From Eledone cirrhosa (lineage: Eukaryota): a stretch of DNA of 64,000 bases. The first letter of the stretch is position 1, and each line of letters starts with the position of its first letter. The stretch spans positions 124,001 to 188,000 of the forward strand of contig OZ024752.1 in assembly GCA_964016885.1 (NCBI GenBank), in the 5' to 3' direction. Below are positions 17,407-29,871 of this stretch, piece after piece. Made by a program: the position numbers and the translations under genes. The notes beneath the pieces were generated by a model. The model ran no database searches. It was given only the letters and a program-made list of their open reading frames with translations, and was not told where the DNA came from.

Positions 17407-17790
17407 CTTCTTCTTCTTCTTCTTCGCCCACTTATTCCTGAGAGAACCGTGAGAACAGAGTGCTCAAACATTCCTTTCAGCGGATCCTGCCAGAAGCAAC
17501 CGTCTCCAATTGATTCGGTTGGATCATCAAACGAGACTAGCCGAGCTCTTGGTTTTTATCCAACAATCTTGCTCGGGGTCTCTGCCCCTGGGTCTCCTGT
17601 CGGTTGGTTTTGCCAACCGTCAAATCCGTCCAGCGATTCTTTTCTGAGACATTCTAACCACATACCCATAGTATCGGAGATGTGATCCCTCAATTCGGAG
17701 AAATAGCTGCTCTACCTGGAGTGATTCTCTGATCTCCGAGCTACGCATTCTATCGAGTAACATTACTCCAAAAATCCTTCGGAGAAACCC
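17407..17790 (-). mobile_element. RTE-clade LINE 3' end inserted into a SINE
   Basis: FLRRIFGVMLLDRMRSSEIRESLQVEQLFLRIEGSHLRYYGYVVRMSQKRIAGRI*RLAKPTDRRPRGR; (GAA)n tail; imperfect TSD CATCTTGGGCAAGT/CATTTGGGTAAGT. Confidence 0.85.
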
Positions 17791-17956
17791 CATTTGGGTA
17801 AGTGTCTTTCAAAATAGCTTCGGGTAAATTCAAACCTTGCCAGTGAAATTACATCGACGGAAACTGTTTGGTAGTCTGTTGGACAGTCTACATAGGAAAT
17901 TCAAAGGACCAGTCTTGTTAAACACTTTTATGCAGATACCTCTCTGGGATTTATGA

Positions 17957-18320
17957 AGGCGCATGGCTTAGTGGTTTGAGCATTGGGCTTGCAATCGAAA
18001 GGTTGTGAGTTCAATTTTCGGACCGGGTGATGTGTTGTTTCCTTGAGCAAGACACTTTATTTCACGTTGCTCCAGTTTACTCAGCTGTAGAAATGAGATC
18101 ATAGGGCTAGGGTCTCTATCATTAAATTACCCAAGACACCTCCAACGAGATATACCTTGGAGGAGGCCAGCTAAACCTGCATAGGTGTGAGCTGTCACAC
18201 ACTCTCTGGGAATTACGTTAAAGGTAAAATGGTCTGTGTACCGTTCAGTCATTTGCACATTAATTTCACAAAATAAGTCTGTTCCGCTGATAATACAACT
18301 GGAACAGCCATCATCGAATC
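17957..18320 (+). mobile_element. tRNA-derived SINE family 2
   Basis: GGCGCATGGCTTAGTGG A box, GAGTTCAATT B box, CCTTGAGCAAGACACTTTATTTCACGTTGCTCCAG. Confidence 0.75.
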
Positions 18321-18914
18321 CAACAGTCCATTCTAATGCCAAGTTAACAACACATGTTGATGAGGCTGCACTCTCCCAAAAATTTAGTGGTTTTTATCGG
18401 AAAATTATGAACATTTGCACCCCCCCCCCCCCAATGATAGGAGCAAAACGCTTATGTTGATGTAAATTACTAACCTAACACCCCTTGCCCAGCATGAACA
18501 TCTGTAGGTTAATGTCTGAGCGGAGATGGCGGGGTCTGTGTGTGTTTTATCTGAATGTTTACAAAAGAGCAGCAAAGTTCGGCGAAAAACACTAAAAAAT
18601 CCGGTGAGGTTGTTGTTATTATATCCAGCTTAGCTTTGATCAAGCAGGCATCCGATCAAAGGCGTTCCAGCCGTGACATAATATTATGAAATGTGTCCTG
18701 CATTGTTTTTATAAATCCTACAGGATTTGAGGAAGATTTAGTTATTATTTCTAGCAGATCAACGAGCACGTAGCAGCTCCTTGGCCAGTTTTGGCGGGAG
18801 CTGTTGTTTAGTTCCGGGTCAAGCCTAATCGAGTAAACCTATGACCAAACATATTTCAATTATGATTATCTTGACTAATTTGTTTTCAAACATCGGGGAC
18901 TACATTATACAATA

Positions 18915-19635
18915 CTAGCAGAAGTACCCAGCGTTGCCCGAGTAGGTAAAATAATATCTGCTTTGATGAAAAGGTGTTGATCTTAGCGACTGCGAGTTTC
19001 TTGAAAATCGGTCGTAAGGTGTAGCAAATGGCGAAATATTGAGTAAAATCGTATGGAATATGTGGGAGGTGGAACAAATCGTATTTTGAAGAGTTAAACG
19101 GTTGCCACGCCGTCCCTGAACAAAAAATGCAAAGTGTAAAGCTACTATAAGATGTGCAATGATAGGTTCTATCGTAGTATAAACGTTGAACCAAATAAAT
19201 TGATTTATGTGTAAGGTGGAGCCGAAGTTTCGAATTTGAACGAAATCGGTTGAAAAATGTGGGATCTAGAGTGAAAAGGCGGAAATTTGAGCGAAAAGGT
19301 GGTATTTTCGAATATTTAAGCGGCTGCAACGCCGTTCCTGAACAAAAAATCCCAAATGTAAAGCCAATTTAAGACGTGAAATAATCAGATCTAGCGTAGT
19401 GTAAAATTTGAACAAAGTAGTTGATTAATGTGGGAGCTAAAGCCCCAAATCTTATTTTTCGATACCTAAAAAAAGATGACCCCCCCCCCCCCCCCCCAAT
19501 CGATTTTTATCTGCAGAATGACCCCGGAATAAAAAAAAAGATACACTGATATATAGAAAACACTCCCCGATGACTAATCTATGAGCCTGTAAAGTTTCAT
19601 AAAAACCGGTCGTAAGATGTAGGCCCCTATAGGTA

Positions 19636-19691
<56 letters not shown>

Positions 19692-19710
19692 AATTTTATA
19701 TATATACAGA
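18915..19710 (-). mobile_element. non-autonomous Helitron
   Basis: On minus: 5' TC, (TG)n, internal ~220-bp duplication, hairpin CTCGGGCAACGCTGGG, 3' CTAG; A|T target with no TSD; rejoined flanks match the repeat at ~47930. Confidence 0.8.
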
Positions 19711-20333
19711 TGTCCTTTCTATCTTTAAAATGACGGGATGTAATTTGACGGAGATTTGGTTGCTCTTTTTAGCAGGTCAAGCGAGCACGTAGGGGCAACT
19801 GTTGTGTTAAACTAGATGGCAAGCAAAACTGTCTACGTGTTTATAAAATGTTAGTTATATAATCCATTCTCAGAAGAATTACCCATTACAAAAGATGCTA
19901 TGCAAAAGAAAATTTCTAGAACAATATAAATACTTGTCAATATCTAACTGATATAGACAGCTTAGTGGATAAAAACACTGCAACATTACAGACACAAATA
20001 GAACAATATATATGCATCAGACACGGCATCAGTAAAAACAAATAAACCACATATGAAGTATGTTACGTCAACGAAATGCTTTCTGGCTATTTGAATAAAA
20101 GAACAGATTATACAAACAAAACAATAATAATAACAACAATTAAACGACAAATAGAACTCAACATTCAATCATAAAATAGTATGAATAATATATTACATAA
20201 ACACAAAACTTAATTTTTTTTTTCCTCGTCATCAATCAACTTTTAAGTCTGAACGCTCGTGAATAAATTTCAGGAAGCTAATGTAGCATAGCTCTCTCTC
20301 TCTCTCCGTCTCTCACTCACACACAGATATATA

Positions 20334-21145
20334 TCTATATATATATAAAACTGAGTATGTCTGTGTGTGTGTGAGTTTGAATCACTTAAACTCGAGAAGC
20401 ACCCAACCGACTGTTTTCAAACTTTACACATGTAATACTTATGTTTCAGGGAGTGTTCTGAATTTTCAATGCCCTAGGGACAACATTAGGGGATTTAGCG
20501 ATCTCTCTCTATAATTCTTAGTCTTTCTCTTTTTAGATAGATACATACATATAACGTCGCGCCCTTATAATATCTGTCTGTATGTCTGGTTGTCTGCATT
20601 ACGTCACTTCCCTGAGGATGTCTGTCTGTGTGTGTGAGTGTTATGCACATAAAAAAATTCAACTTTTTGATCTCCTAGGGCCCGCATTAGGTGAAAAACT
20701 GCGTTTTTAAAAAGTTTTTTAGGTGTTTTTTGAGGCGTTACGTCAGACCGATTTACTTGAAATTGTAACTATGTATTAGTCAGTCTCTTCTTCATACCGT
20801 GAGCAAAGAAAATTCAACTTTTTTATGGCTCAGGGCCCGCATTAGGTGAAAAACTTCATTTTTTCAGCTTTTTAGGGCTTTTTGAAGGCGTTACGTCTAG
20901 CCGATTTTCCCGAAATTTCAAGGCATATTATGCACATAAAAAAAAAATTATTTTCTTGATCCCCTAGGGCCCGCATTAGGTGAAAACCTGCATTTTTCCT
21001 GCTTCATCGAGGAAAATCTCAAACATTATCCATCCATCAGAGTATTCGGTTTATTTTCTTTACATATTTTCCAGGCATGCAGTTTTTCCACGATTAGGTC
21101 TGTTGGCGACGCGCGTTCCAAAATACATTATCCCGTGCAACGCCG

Positions 21146-21149
<4 letters not shown>
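20334..21149 (+). mobile_element. non-autonomous Helitron with internal tandem repeats
   Basis: 5' A|TCTATATATATATAAAA, three GGGCCCGCATTAGGTGAAAA units ~145 bp apart, 3' hairpin CCCGTGCAACGCCGGG; CTAG replaced by (TA)n. Confidence 0.7.
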
Positions 21150-21209
<60 letters not shown>

Positions 21210-21589
21210 ACTTCTAAGGGACTAGGACTGTTTCATTCGTTCGAAACCACCAGACATGCTCAGATGAAACAATTTTAGTCCTGTTTGTCTGATTCTCTCC
21301 CAACACAGCCAACCCACCACCCTACACAATACTAATGAAAATAAAATTGGTTTCTAATTTAGACACAAGGCCACCAGTTTCGGTGGAGGGTTACAGCAAA
21401 TTATGCATGTATGGTCCCGTAACTCCTGAAGGAGCCGTCAGGGCTCCATCTTGACATACAGCGAATTTTAGGGCATTTTAAAACCTGGCGGAGCCCATCC
21501 CTTTCCAGGTATGACTACAGCAGATTTCTTCCAAAGAACGATTGAGAGAGTGAAAGAATGGAAGTGAGAAAGACATATAGACATGCTAA

Positions 21590-22458
21590 TTGAACCCATT
21601 ACTAGACTAGTACTTCTTTTTATCGATATCGAAAGGATGAAAGGAAAAGTTGACTTCAGTGGGATTTGAACTCAGAGAGTAGAGAGTCGAAATACCACAA
21701 TACATTCTATCCGACGTTCTAACGACTCTGCCAATTCGTCGCCTTACAGCAAATTAAACCGATCCTAATAACAGAACTGGTACATTATTTTATTGACCCT
21801 GGAAGGATGAAAATTAACCTTTAGCAGGATTTGAATTCAGACCGTAAAGAGTGGAAATATATATCTGAAACCATCTTGTCCGTTTCTCAAGTGCTGCAGC
21901 TAATCCACAAAGAGTAAAAGCACGGCTGTCATCCATCAATGAAATTCGACATAATACGAGAGATAGCCAATAATCCATGCAAACGACAGTTCAGCTGGGT
22001 TGAACGGATTTAACGTAATAGTATTATCTGTGTATAATTGGGTAGTGGATTGGCAGTATCGGTGGAGTGTCGGACGCCATGCTTTACAGTACAGAGTTAC
22101 GGTCTTTTACGTTCTGAGTTCAAATCTCGCCGAGGTTAACTTTGCCTTTCATCCTTAAGGGGTCGATAAAATAAAGTACCAGTAATGCACTGGGTTAATT
22201 GTTGGCCTTGTTCCAAAAGTAGGCACAATTATCTGTGTACAATTGTTATAGTTGTGTGTCCTTGGCTAGAAATAAAGGTTTCTGATTTCGGCAAAAAGCC
22301 AGCAATATTGTTTATGGATGGGAGGGGGAAAGTCGATTATATCGACCCCAGTGCATGACTGGTACTTTATTTCATCGACCTCGTAAGGATGAAAGACAAA
22401 GCTAACATCGGAGGGATTTAAACTCAGAGCGTAAACCGCTCTACCGATACTACCAATC
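21590..22458. mobile_element. cluster of SINE family 1 copies (21590-21745 -, 21770-21850 -, 22045-22232 +, 22277-22458 -)
   Basis: Core GCCTTTCATCCTT..GGTCGATAAAATAAAGTACCAG and B box in both orientations. Confidence 0.8.
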
Positions 22459-22702
22459 CACAATACCCTATTCCTGTTAGCCATATACCATGTTGTTGAT
22501 CCATGGACATAGAATACGTTTTGTATGCAAACCTACATGCACGTACACAGGTGTGTGTACAAGCGAAAGAAAAGTGCCATCACCATAACATATAATATGG
22601 AAGTTTAGATATTTATATCAACAGTTTGACACACCTCCGTATTCTCAGCGGTTTCCAGATGCAAACTCGTCTATAATATAAATACTATAATATATATATA
22701 TG

Positions 22703-22894
22703 ATCAAGTTTAATATAGAAATGGCTTCTACAGGAGTAGAACTGTTTCATTCAAAAGAAATAATTCCTGATGATTCCTTTTGAACGAAACAGTTCTAGGC
22801 CTGTAGAAGCTATTTCTATATTAAACTTGATGATTACACTCTTCTAATGTATTGAGTACCTAACTAACTGTAGTTACACCCGATTGAACTCGGG
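22703..22894 (+). mobile_element. fold-back element family B with near-complete HHR
   Basis: TTC-CTGATGA(22767-73)..GAAA(22786-89)-CAG ttctaggc CTG-TA-GAA; ~58-bp inverted arms plus tail. Confidence 0.8.
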
Positions 22895-22931
22895 ACTTAC
22901 ATACACATACACACATGTGTATACACATATA

Positions 22932-22963
<32 letters not shown>

Positions 22964-23091
22964 CACGTATCCACAATCGCACCACCACACCCTTGCCTTC
23001 CCATACCCATACACTCCTCTCATTTTTTTATATTCTGTTTTTTTTTTATATATTCCGTTTAATTCTATTTTGATTTCATTTTTTAGATTTA

Positions 23092-23576
23092 CTAGCAGAA
23101 AAACCACCCTTCGGGTGGTTTTCTGATAGCTTGTGTAGTGTGTATATTGATATTATACGCAAGTATATATACATGTAGATATGATACATCAAATAAAATC
23201 GTAATTGACAATATACACAGAAATTGAACGAAGACTGTTACACTGTCTTATGTAATCAGTAATGTAATCCATGATACATTAAAAAAAGACGATATTATAT
23301 ATAAACTGCATTAGGAGAAAATTAGTGACGGAAATATGTGAATGTTTATTTACGCGATCGCTAACCGGAAGTGTTGACATTTGAAAATTTTAAGGAAGTG
23401 AATCTTAAAATAAGCAACAAAATTATTCATATTTAATCAAGAATAACGAAATTTAGTAGATAAATATGTAATATTCATTCATTATTTATTCAAAGTAATC
23501 CAACTTATTTTACAAAGGGGATAAAAAATTATATTCTGGACGCAGTCCCGCACTCCTTACTTTATTATAGTTTAGA
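23092..23576 (-). mobile_element. non-autonomous Helitron (copy 1 of 2)
   Basis: 5' TC, 3' hairpin CAGAAAACCACCC gaa GGGTGGTTTTCTG then CTAG|T; homologous to 52322-52918. Confidence 0.85.
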
Positions 23577-23780
23577 TTGTTATTTTAATTTTTCCAGTCC
23601 TTTCATGTTTTTCCTGCTACCCCCCACTAACTCCCTCTCGGGGTTCCTCCTGCCCACGCTCGTAATGAAGGACTTATGTCCGAAACGTCGTAAACAACCC
23701 TCCCCCATCCTCACCAAGCGTGAAGCTAATAACACTATGTACCATTGACTCTTGCGTTTGTTTGTTTCTTTGTCGTTTTG

Positions 23781-23836
<56 letters not shown>

Positions 23837-23839
<3 letters not shown>

Positions 23840-23912
23840 GTTCCCTGATGAGTTGAAGGTTTCACAATCCTCAAAATTAAGGTTTATTCAACGAAACCGC
23901 AGTAGGGACGTT
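23837..23912 (+). ncRNA. type I hammerhead ribozyme, intact core
   Basis: Helix I AATGTTCC/GGGACGTT (8 bp, 2 GU); CTGATGA 23845-51; helix II GTTGAA/TTCAAC; GAAA 23893-96; AC cgca GT; GUA. Confidence 0.85.
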
Positions 23913-23972
23913 CTAAGTAAATAGATAAATTTGTCTTTATCTTGTTTGCTTTTCAAAAATATTATTTATATA

Positions 23973-24014
<42 letters not shown>

Positions 24015-24019
24015 CTTAG

Positions 24020-24095
24020 AACGTCCCTACTGCGGTTTCGTTGAGTCAACCTCAATTTTGAGGACTGTGAAACCTTCAACTCATCGGGGAGCATT
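24020..24095 (-). ncRNA. inverted second copy of the 23837 hammerhead (U4>C)
   Basis: Reverse complement AATGCTCC-CCGATGA-GTTGA..TCAAC-GAAA-CCGCAG-TA-GGGACGTT. Confidence 0.75.
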
Positions 24096-24405
24096 TTCAA
24101 ACAAGAAATAATTCATCTGAGTGACTCGGTACCAATATAGATGTATATATGTTTATAGGTATACATAGTAACGATATAAGTACAAACATATGCACATGTA
24201 TATATATTTTTATACACACACAAACAAACACATCGTATATTAAGTGAATGGATCTCCGTCGTCAGTGTTGGTGTTAAGTATTCAGTTGTTGGATCAACTG
24301 AACCACCAGCTCAATGAATTAGCATGTAAGTGATAAGATGTTCCATAAAGATGAGTACCGCATACAGACACACACATGGATTCACATAGTAATATATACA
24401 TATAT

Positions 24406-24441
<36 letters not shown>

Positions 24442-24446
<5 letters not shown>

Positions 24447-24634
24447 AAAAGGTATGACCCCGACGGCAGAGCTCAAGCCGTTTCGACGGCTATTTTTAGT
24501 CTAGAAATAGCCGTCGAAACGGGGTGAGCTCTGCCGTCGGGGTCATACCTTTTCCTATTACGAACTCTACTACCCTAAGTATTGAGTACTCTGGTGCGTT
24601 ATGGTCCATCTGGTTCCTTACCACAATTCCTTCG

Positions 24635-24636
<2 letters not shown>
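24442..24636 (+). mobile_element. fold-back element family A
   Basis: Same arms and tail as 7472-7678, in (TA)n. Confidence 0.85.
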
Positions 24637-24669
<33 letters not shown>

Positions 24670-25025
24670 TGTTGAAAAAAAGGTCAGCGATGGTTGCCGA
24701 ACACTGTAGGGCTTAATCCGGGCTGTTTGTTTACAAACAAACCGAACATTATAATAAATGTTCGGTAAACCCATACGTACATATATATATATGTGTGCAT
24801 GTATGTATGTATATACATACTACTGTACGTCTGTATACATATATGTATGTACGTATACATACTTATATTTAAGTATCAGCCGTACTAAGAGTGAGAAATG
24901 AAATTTCATTTTTTCCATTTATCGTTTTCGGTACGCCCGGCCGACTAACTCACTCGATATGCAAATTAGGCTGCTCAGCCGTTAATATGCACAAGGAAAG
25001 TATATACGTTCAAACTTTCAATCGA

Positions 25026-25094
25026 CTGACAGGAAGGTATACGGTGCTGATGACAGCTAATAAGCTAGAAACTAGTTCATCGTTCCTTTGTCAG
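25026..25094 (+). ncRNA. type I hammerhead ribozyme with extended helix I
   Basis: CTGACA..ACGGTG-CTGATGA(25047-53)-c AGCT aata AGCT a-GAAA-CTAG-TT-CATCGT..TGTCAG; palindromic helix III ACTAGT; GUU. Confidence 0.85.
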
Positions 25095-25212
25095 TGTTGA
25101 ACACTGTACGGCTTAATTCGAGCTGTTTGATTACAAACAAACCGAACATTATAATAAATGTTCGTTAAATCCATACGTACATGAATGAAATTTCATTTTT
25201 TCCATTTATATA

Positions 25213-25265
<53 letters not shown>

Positions 25266-25268
<3 letters not shown>

Positions 25269-25575
25269 CTGCTGCTACTATTACTATTAACAACCACTGC
25301 TACGGCTGCTGCTACTACTACAGCTACTATCGTTGGTGCTTCTGTTGCTACTACTACAACTACCACCACCACCACCACCACTATCATGAACAATACCACC
25401 ACCACTACCACCACCACCACCACCATCACCACCACCACCATCACCACCACCACTATTACCATCACCACCATCACTACTGCTACCACCACCACCACGAACA
25501 ATACCACCACCACCACCATGAACAATACCACCACCACCATCCTCACCACCACCATCCTCACCACCATCAACAATA
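25266..25575. repeat. (ACC/ACT)n low-complexity tract
   Basis: Direct inspection. Confidence 0.9.
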
Positions 25576-25681
25576 GAACTACTCTACACCCCCGCAAACA
25601 TTTCTGCACTTGATGAATGGATTTGTCTGTGATTTCATTAATCCCGAGATTAAGACAAACTTAATATCCACTGCACTAAGC

Positions 25682-26092
25682 CATTCTATAGCTCATCAGG
25701 TACGCTGTGTATATATTGCGTACATTATATAGCTCTTTATATACATTGTGTATAGTGTGTGTATATATATTTTATTGTGTACTTTATATAGCTCAAGTAC
25801 GTTGTGTATATAGTGAGTGCATATATACTGTATTGTGTGCATTATATAGCTCAAGTACGTTTTATATGTGTGTATATATATTGTATTATGTGCATTATAT
25901 AGCTCATCAAATACGCTGTGTATATATTGCGTACATTATATAGCTCTTCGTGCACGTTGTGTATAGTGTGTGTATATATATTGTACTGTGTAAGTATGGT
26001 GTGTATATTGTGTGTATATATATCGTATTGTGTAAGTATGTTCTGTGTAATGTGTGTATATATATTGTGTACAGTGTGTGTATATATTGTAT
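25682..26092. repeat. degenerate ~35-60-bp TG/TA-rich tandem repeat
   Basis: Recurring CATTATATAGCTC and TGTGTATATATATTGTA motifs. Confidence 0.7.
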
Positions 26093-26399
26093 TCGATTTG
26101 CAGGATTTTTATGTGAAATCGTGTGTTGAAACAAATAAGGTTGTACAGAGTTCAAGAAACTTTGTAAGGTCATTTTAGCAAATGAAAACACCATCTTTAT
26201 TCTTCCTTTCGTGGTTTACCACCTTTCTGAGGACCGTATATCTTTCTCAAACTGGCATAGAAGGCTTTTACGATGTAAGAATCAGTAAAATCCTGAATTT
26301 TGTCCGCCTTCTGGTCCCACCACCGGTATTTCAACAGTCGCATCCTTTCATAGTAATGCCTTGATATGTTCAGGTCGTCTGGTAACCTGTCGAATACCT

Positions 26400-27420
26400 G
26401 ATCCGTCTAGAGCAGCTTGGTGGTATATTCGTTTTTCAGATAACAGCTGCTATTTCTACACATCAATTTCATCAAGCTAGTCAGCATACTTGCGCTTGAG
26501 ATAATCTATTGAAGTATTAGCTATTTTTAAAGATTATCTCACACAATTGATCTCAGAAAACATCGACTGGTGCAATGTCGGCTGGTACATTGTCGAGTAA
26601 AATGTTAAACTTGCTAGTAGTATTTACTGCAAGTGCACGTTGCACTTTCAGCATTTTCAGTATGACATCCAGTCTTTTTGCACAATTCTACCAATTTTCA
26701 TGCATTTCATTCTCCCCGACAAATTATGTGTGGCACCTATCAAGAATTGATCAGTGAAGGAGGCACTGCCAACCATGGCACACAAAGTTTATGTTCGAAA
26801 TGTCTCATAGAGTGAGCACGTAGTCCAACATATGTTATAATTTTAACCACGAGTGCTACCAGCTCTAATACCTCTTTTCAGTGTTTGTGACGGCCAAATC
26901 ATATTTGATACAGAGTACAAGTAGAATTTGACCATTGAAGTTAATTATTTCTTTTTCCAAAGTGACCCAATGTTCGGTGACATGTTTAGTAATCCTTCTC
27001 CACTCTAGCATTAAAACCGACCAGGACAAGCAACTTAACAGTTATTAATACGTATCTATGCAGTGAATCGTAGAAATTCTCATTCTTATTCTGTTTGTTT
27101 TCCACCGTAAGATTATAAGCACTAAAAAATAATTTTATTTCGATTTTTAGCCAAGACTAATCTCGCCTTCATTTATCTATCGGATATAGCGATACAATGT
27201 GACATCAATTTGTTGACAAAAGTATTCATGATGAGTAACTAGGCTAACATCAACTTCCCCCTGTACATAATCAAGTAGTTTTACCCTCATATCTTTCCTC
27301 GTTCTCTCAGCTGAGTTTCTGACAATGCAGCAATGTCTAAACCATCACAATTAATGGATTCCCTATTAGTTGTCACAGTTCTTTATTCGGGCCTTCAGCA
27401 TTGTTCTGTTGTTGCAGGAT
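26400..27420 (-). pseudogene. highly decayed LINE apurinic-endonuclease region (RTE-like)
   Basis: Minus-strand remnants in correct order: LVLVGFNARV (GDFNARVG-like, ~27000-27030), YDLAVTNT (~26880-26903), LDYVLT (~26810-26828); boundaries approximate. Confidence 0.55.
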
Positions 27421-27649
27421 CCAAAAGTCTATTTAGTGTGTGTGCTTCATGCTTTATTATGTTCACAGTAATGGAGAACTCACTAGGCTCAATATCTCGT
27501 CCAATTTAAGTTGAGTAAGTAGTTTTTATCTCTTTTTACCGGCATGCTACGGCATTTGGGCAGGCAATGCAATCCCTAAATAGGGTTACCTGATCATTTG
27601 AGAAGGACTTTAGCAAACTAAAGTGCAAAGTGTTTTATGTTTTAAGTTA

Positions 27650-27855
27650 GTAGTTAGGGTGCTAGGCCCACGATGGTTTGGTTCCGTGTTAAATTCCCGG
27701 ACCAGGCGACGCATTGTGTCCTTGGGAAAGACACTTCATTTCATGTTGCTTCAGACCACTCAGTAAGAAAACATGAGTTCTACATGTAATTCAAAGGGCC
27801 AGCTTTGTCACAGATCGTGCCATGAGGATTATGTTAAAAGTAAACGTGTCTCTGA
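27650..27855 (+). mobile_element. SINE family 2 copy
   Basis: CCTTGGGAAAGACACTTCATTTCATGTTGCT..TGTAATTCAAAGGGCCAGC. Confidence 0.65.
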
Positions 27856-27965
27856 AAAGACACTATAAACTTTCCTCCCCATCTATGGTAAACCTTAACA
27901 GTGAGCCATATTTCAGAAGAAAATATAATTTCTCTGATACTTCCATCCACCTAAGCTCTACAGAC

Positions 27966-28650
27966 AGGGACGCCCGGGCAGGGATCCCTCGAAAAAGATC
28001 TGTCCGAGATGCGTGCGAGACGAGGAAACCGTCGCGCACGCATTCGAACACTGCCCGGATGTTACCGACCTGTGGAGCTACGCAGAACGGCTACTGTCGC
28101 GGGTGGGACAAATCCGGTTGACCACCGAGTCCATTATTACGATCAAACCGCCACCCTCCTTCAAAAACGAAGGAGAGGCGGTTTTCCTCTGTGTAATGGC
28201 TATGGTGAAAGAGGTTATATGGTGGACGAGGCTGAAAGGGCTGAGGTCAGACACCTTTCTCTCCGGCGAACAACTGGTTCGCTTCTTCAAATATCACTTT
28301 AGAAGAAGAATCAGAGTGGAAAGAGAGGTGCTGCACCCCAGCAAATTTTCCGAAAGGTGGGTGAATGTGGCAAGAATAGCCCGAGTGGTTGGGCCTTCTC
28401 TCTATATAAACCTGTAGGTTGAGGAAAAAGAGGAAGAGAGGAAAGGAGCGCTCGCTCTTCGTGCTCCTGGAGATGAGGGTTGTACATTTTTTCGGGGTGT
28501 GTACAACCCATGTGTAACGCCTCCCCCCTATTGGGGATTTCAATTGTTATTTGTTATTTATTTATTAGTTCTATTTTTATACGCTTGTATGTAAACTCCT
28601 CACTTTGTATTTGTCCCCATCTTTTGTGCCCCTGTGGCAAATAAAGAAAT
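27966..28650 (+). mobile_element. Tx1/L1-clade LINE 3' end (ORF2 C-terminus plus 3' UTR)
   Basis: ICPRCVRDEETVAHAFEHCP CCHC finger, K..IW..R motif, stop at 28417, pyrimidine-rich UTR ending AATAAAGAAAT; GC-rich relative to flanks. Confidence 0.85.
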
Positions 28651-28999
28651 ATATCTATCAAACTCACTTCTAGTACATGAGAGGTTAGGAAATAACCATT
28701 TTCTTAAATCACTTTTATTTCCCCTATCCACCCTCCTCATCAACGTTCCTTTACCCCCTCTCTCTTCCCTCCATTCTTGTCTATCCTTCTTTTTATGCCC
28801 TGACACCACACATTCCTCCTTAACATTCAGCGACGCAGGTGTCATCCCAAAGCAAGCTAGACAGGTCACGCCAAAGCTACACTGCTTCCATGATCAAAGA
28901 CATCAAGACATTCCTTAATAAGAAGATGAGAAAATACACATCTTCAACATTCATACACACACACTTGTGTGTGTGTGTGTGTATATATATATATACATA

Positions 29000-29038
<39 letters not shown>

Positions 29039-29450
29039 GCGTGTGCGTGTGCGTGTGTGTGTGTGTGTTAAAAGTTTAAGCAAACGATTTCTGCTTTCAC
29101 CCATATACGGTATTTTCTGAAATCGAGATATATTAGTTGACGAAAAACTTACAGCAAATATTCCTAAAAATAAAAAGACCTAGCGGTAACACGTGAAGAC
29201 GTTCGTTTCACTTACGGCTATTTGTATGCAAAGATAACAAACGAGAACTAATTACGTCATTTAGTGAAGCGGGTAGAACTAATTGGTGCTATGAAAAAAT
29301 CAGGAGTCTTAATTGCTTTTTAAGGATAGCTGAATATTTTCATGCTACCATATATGGAAAATTTGTAAATCGGAATAATGTTTTTAATCCTAAACCGGAA
29401 GATTCTATTGGTGTTAAAAACACAGATAGCAACAGCAACAACAATAACAA

Positions 29451-29642
29451 TAATTGTTTCTACTTTTGGCACAAGGCCAGCAATTATCCCAGTGTATTAC
29501 TGGTACTTTATTTTATCGACCCCGTAAGGATGAAAGGCAAAGTTAACCTCGGCGGGATTTGAACTCAGAATAGAAAGGGCCGTAACTCTATGCTGCAAAG
29601 CATGGCGCCAGACCCTCTACCGATACTGCCAATTCACCGCCC
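29451..29642 (-). mobile_element. SINE family 1, full length
   Basis: Reverse-complement head GGCGGTGAATTGGCAGTATCGGTAGAG, B box, core and tail. Confidence 0.9.
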
Positions 29643-29871
29643 TAATATAACAGATAATAATAAACAATACAATCAATAATAAATCTTTCCTAAAATGCCG
29701 TTCCAGTCCCCTACTAACAGTTAAGGGCAAGATTTTCTTAGGGAGTCTTCCTCACGTCTGAAGAAATCCGGCCGTCCATGCTGTTCATGTCATACATGTC
29801 TCTACGTAAGTATGCACTTACAAGTGTGATTGTGTGTGCATATGCATGCATACATAGTCCCGTAACCTCTG

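Noticed and set aside
17957-18025. tRNA genes at A/B-box matches here and in other SINE heads
   Set aside because: No cloverleaf; always continuous with SINE bodies
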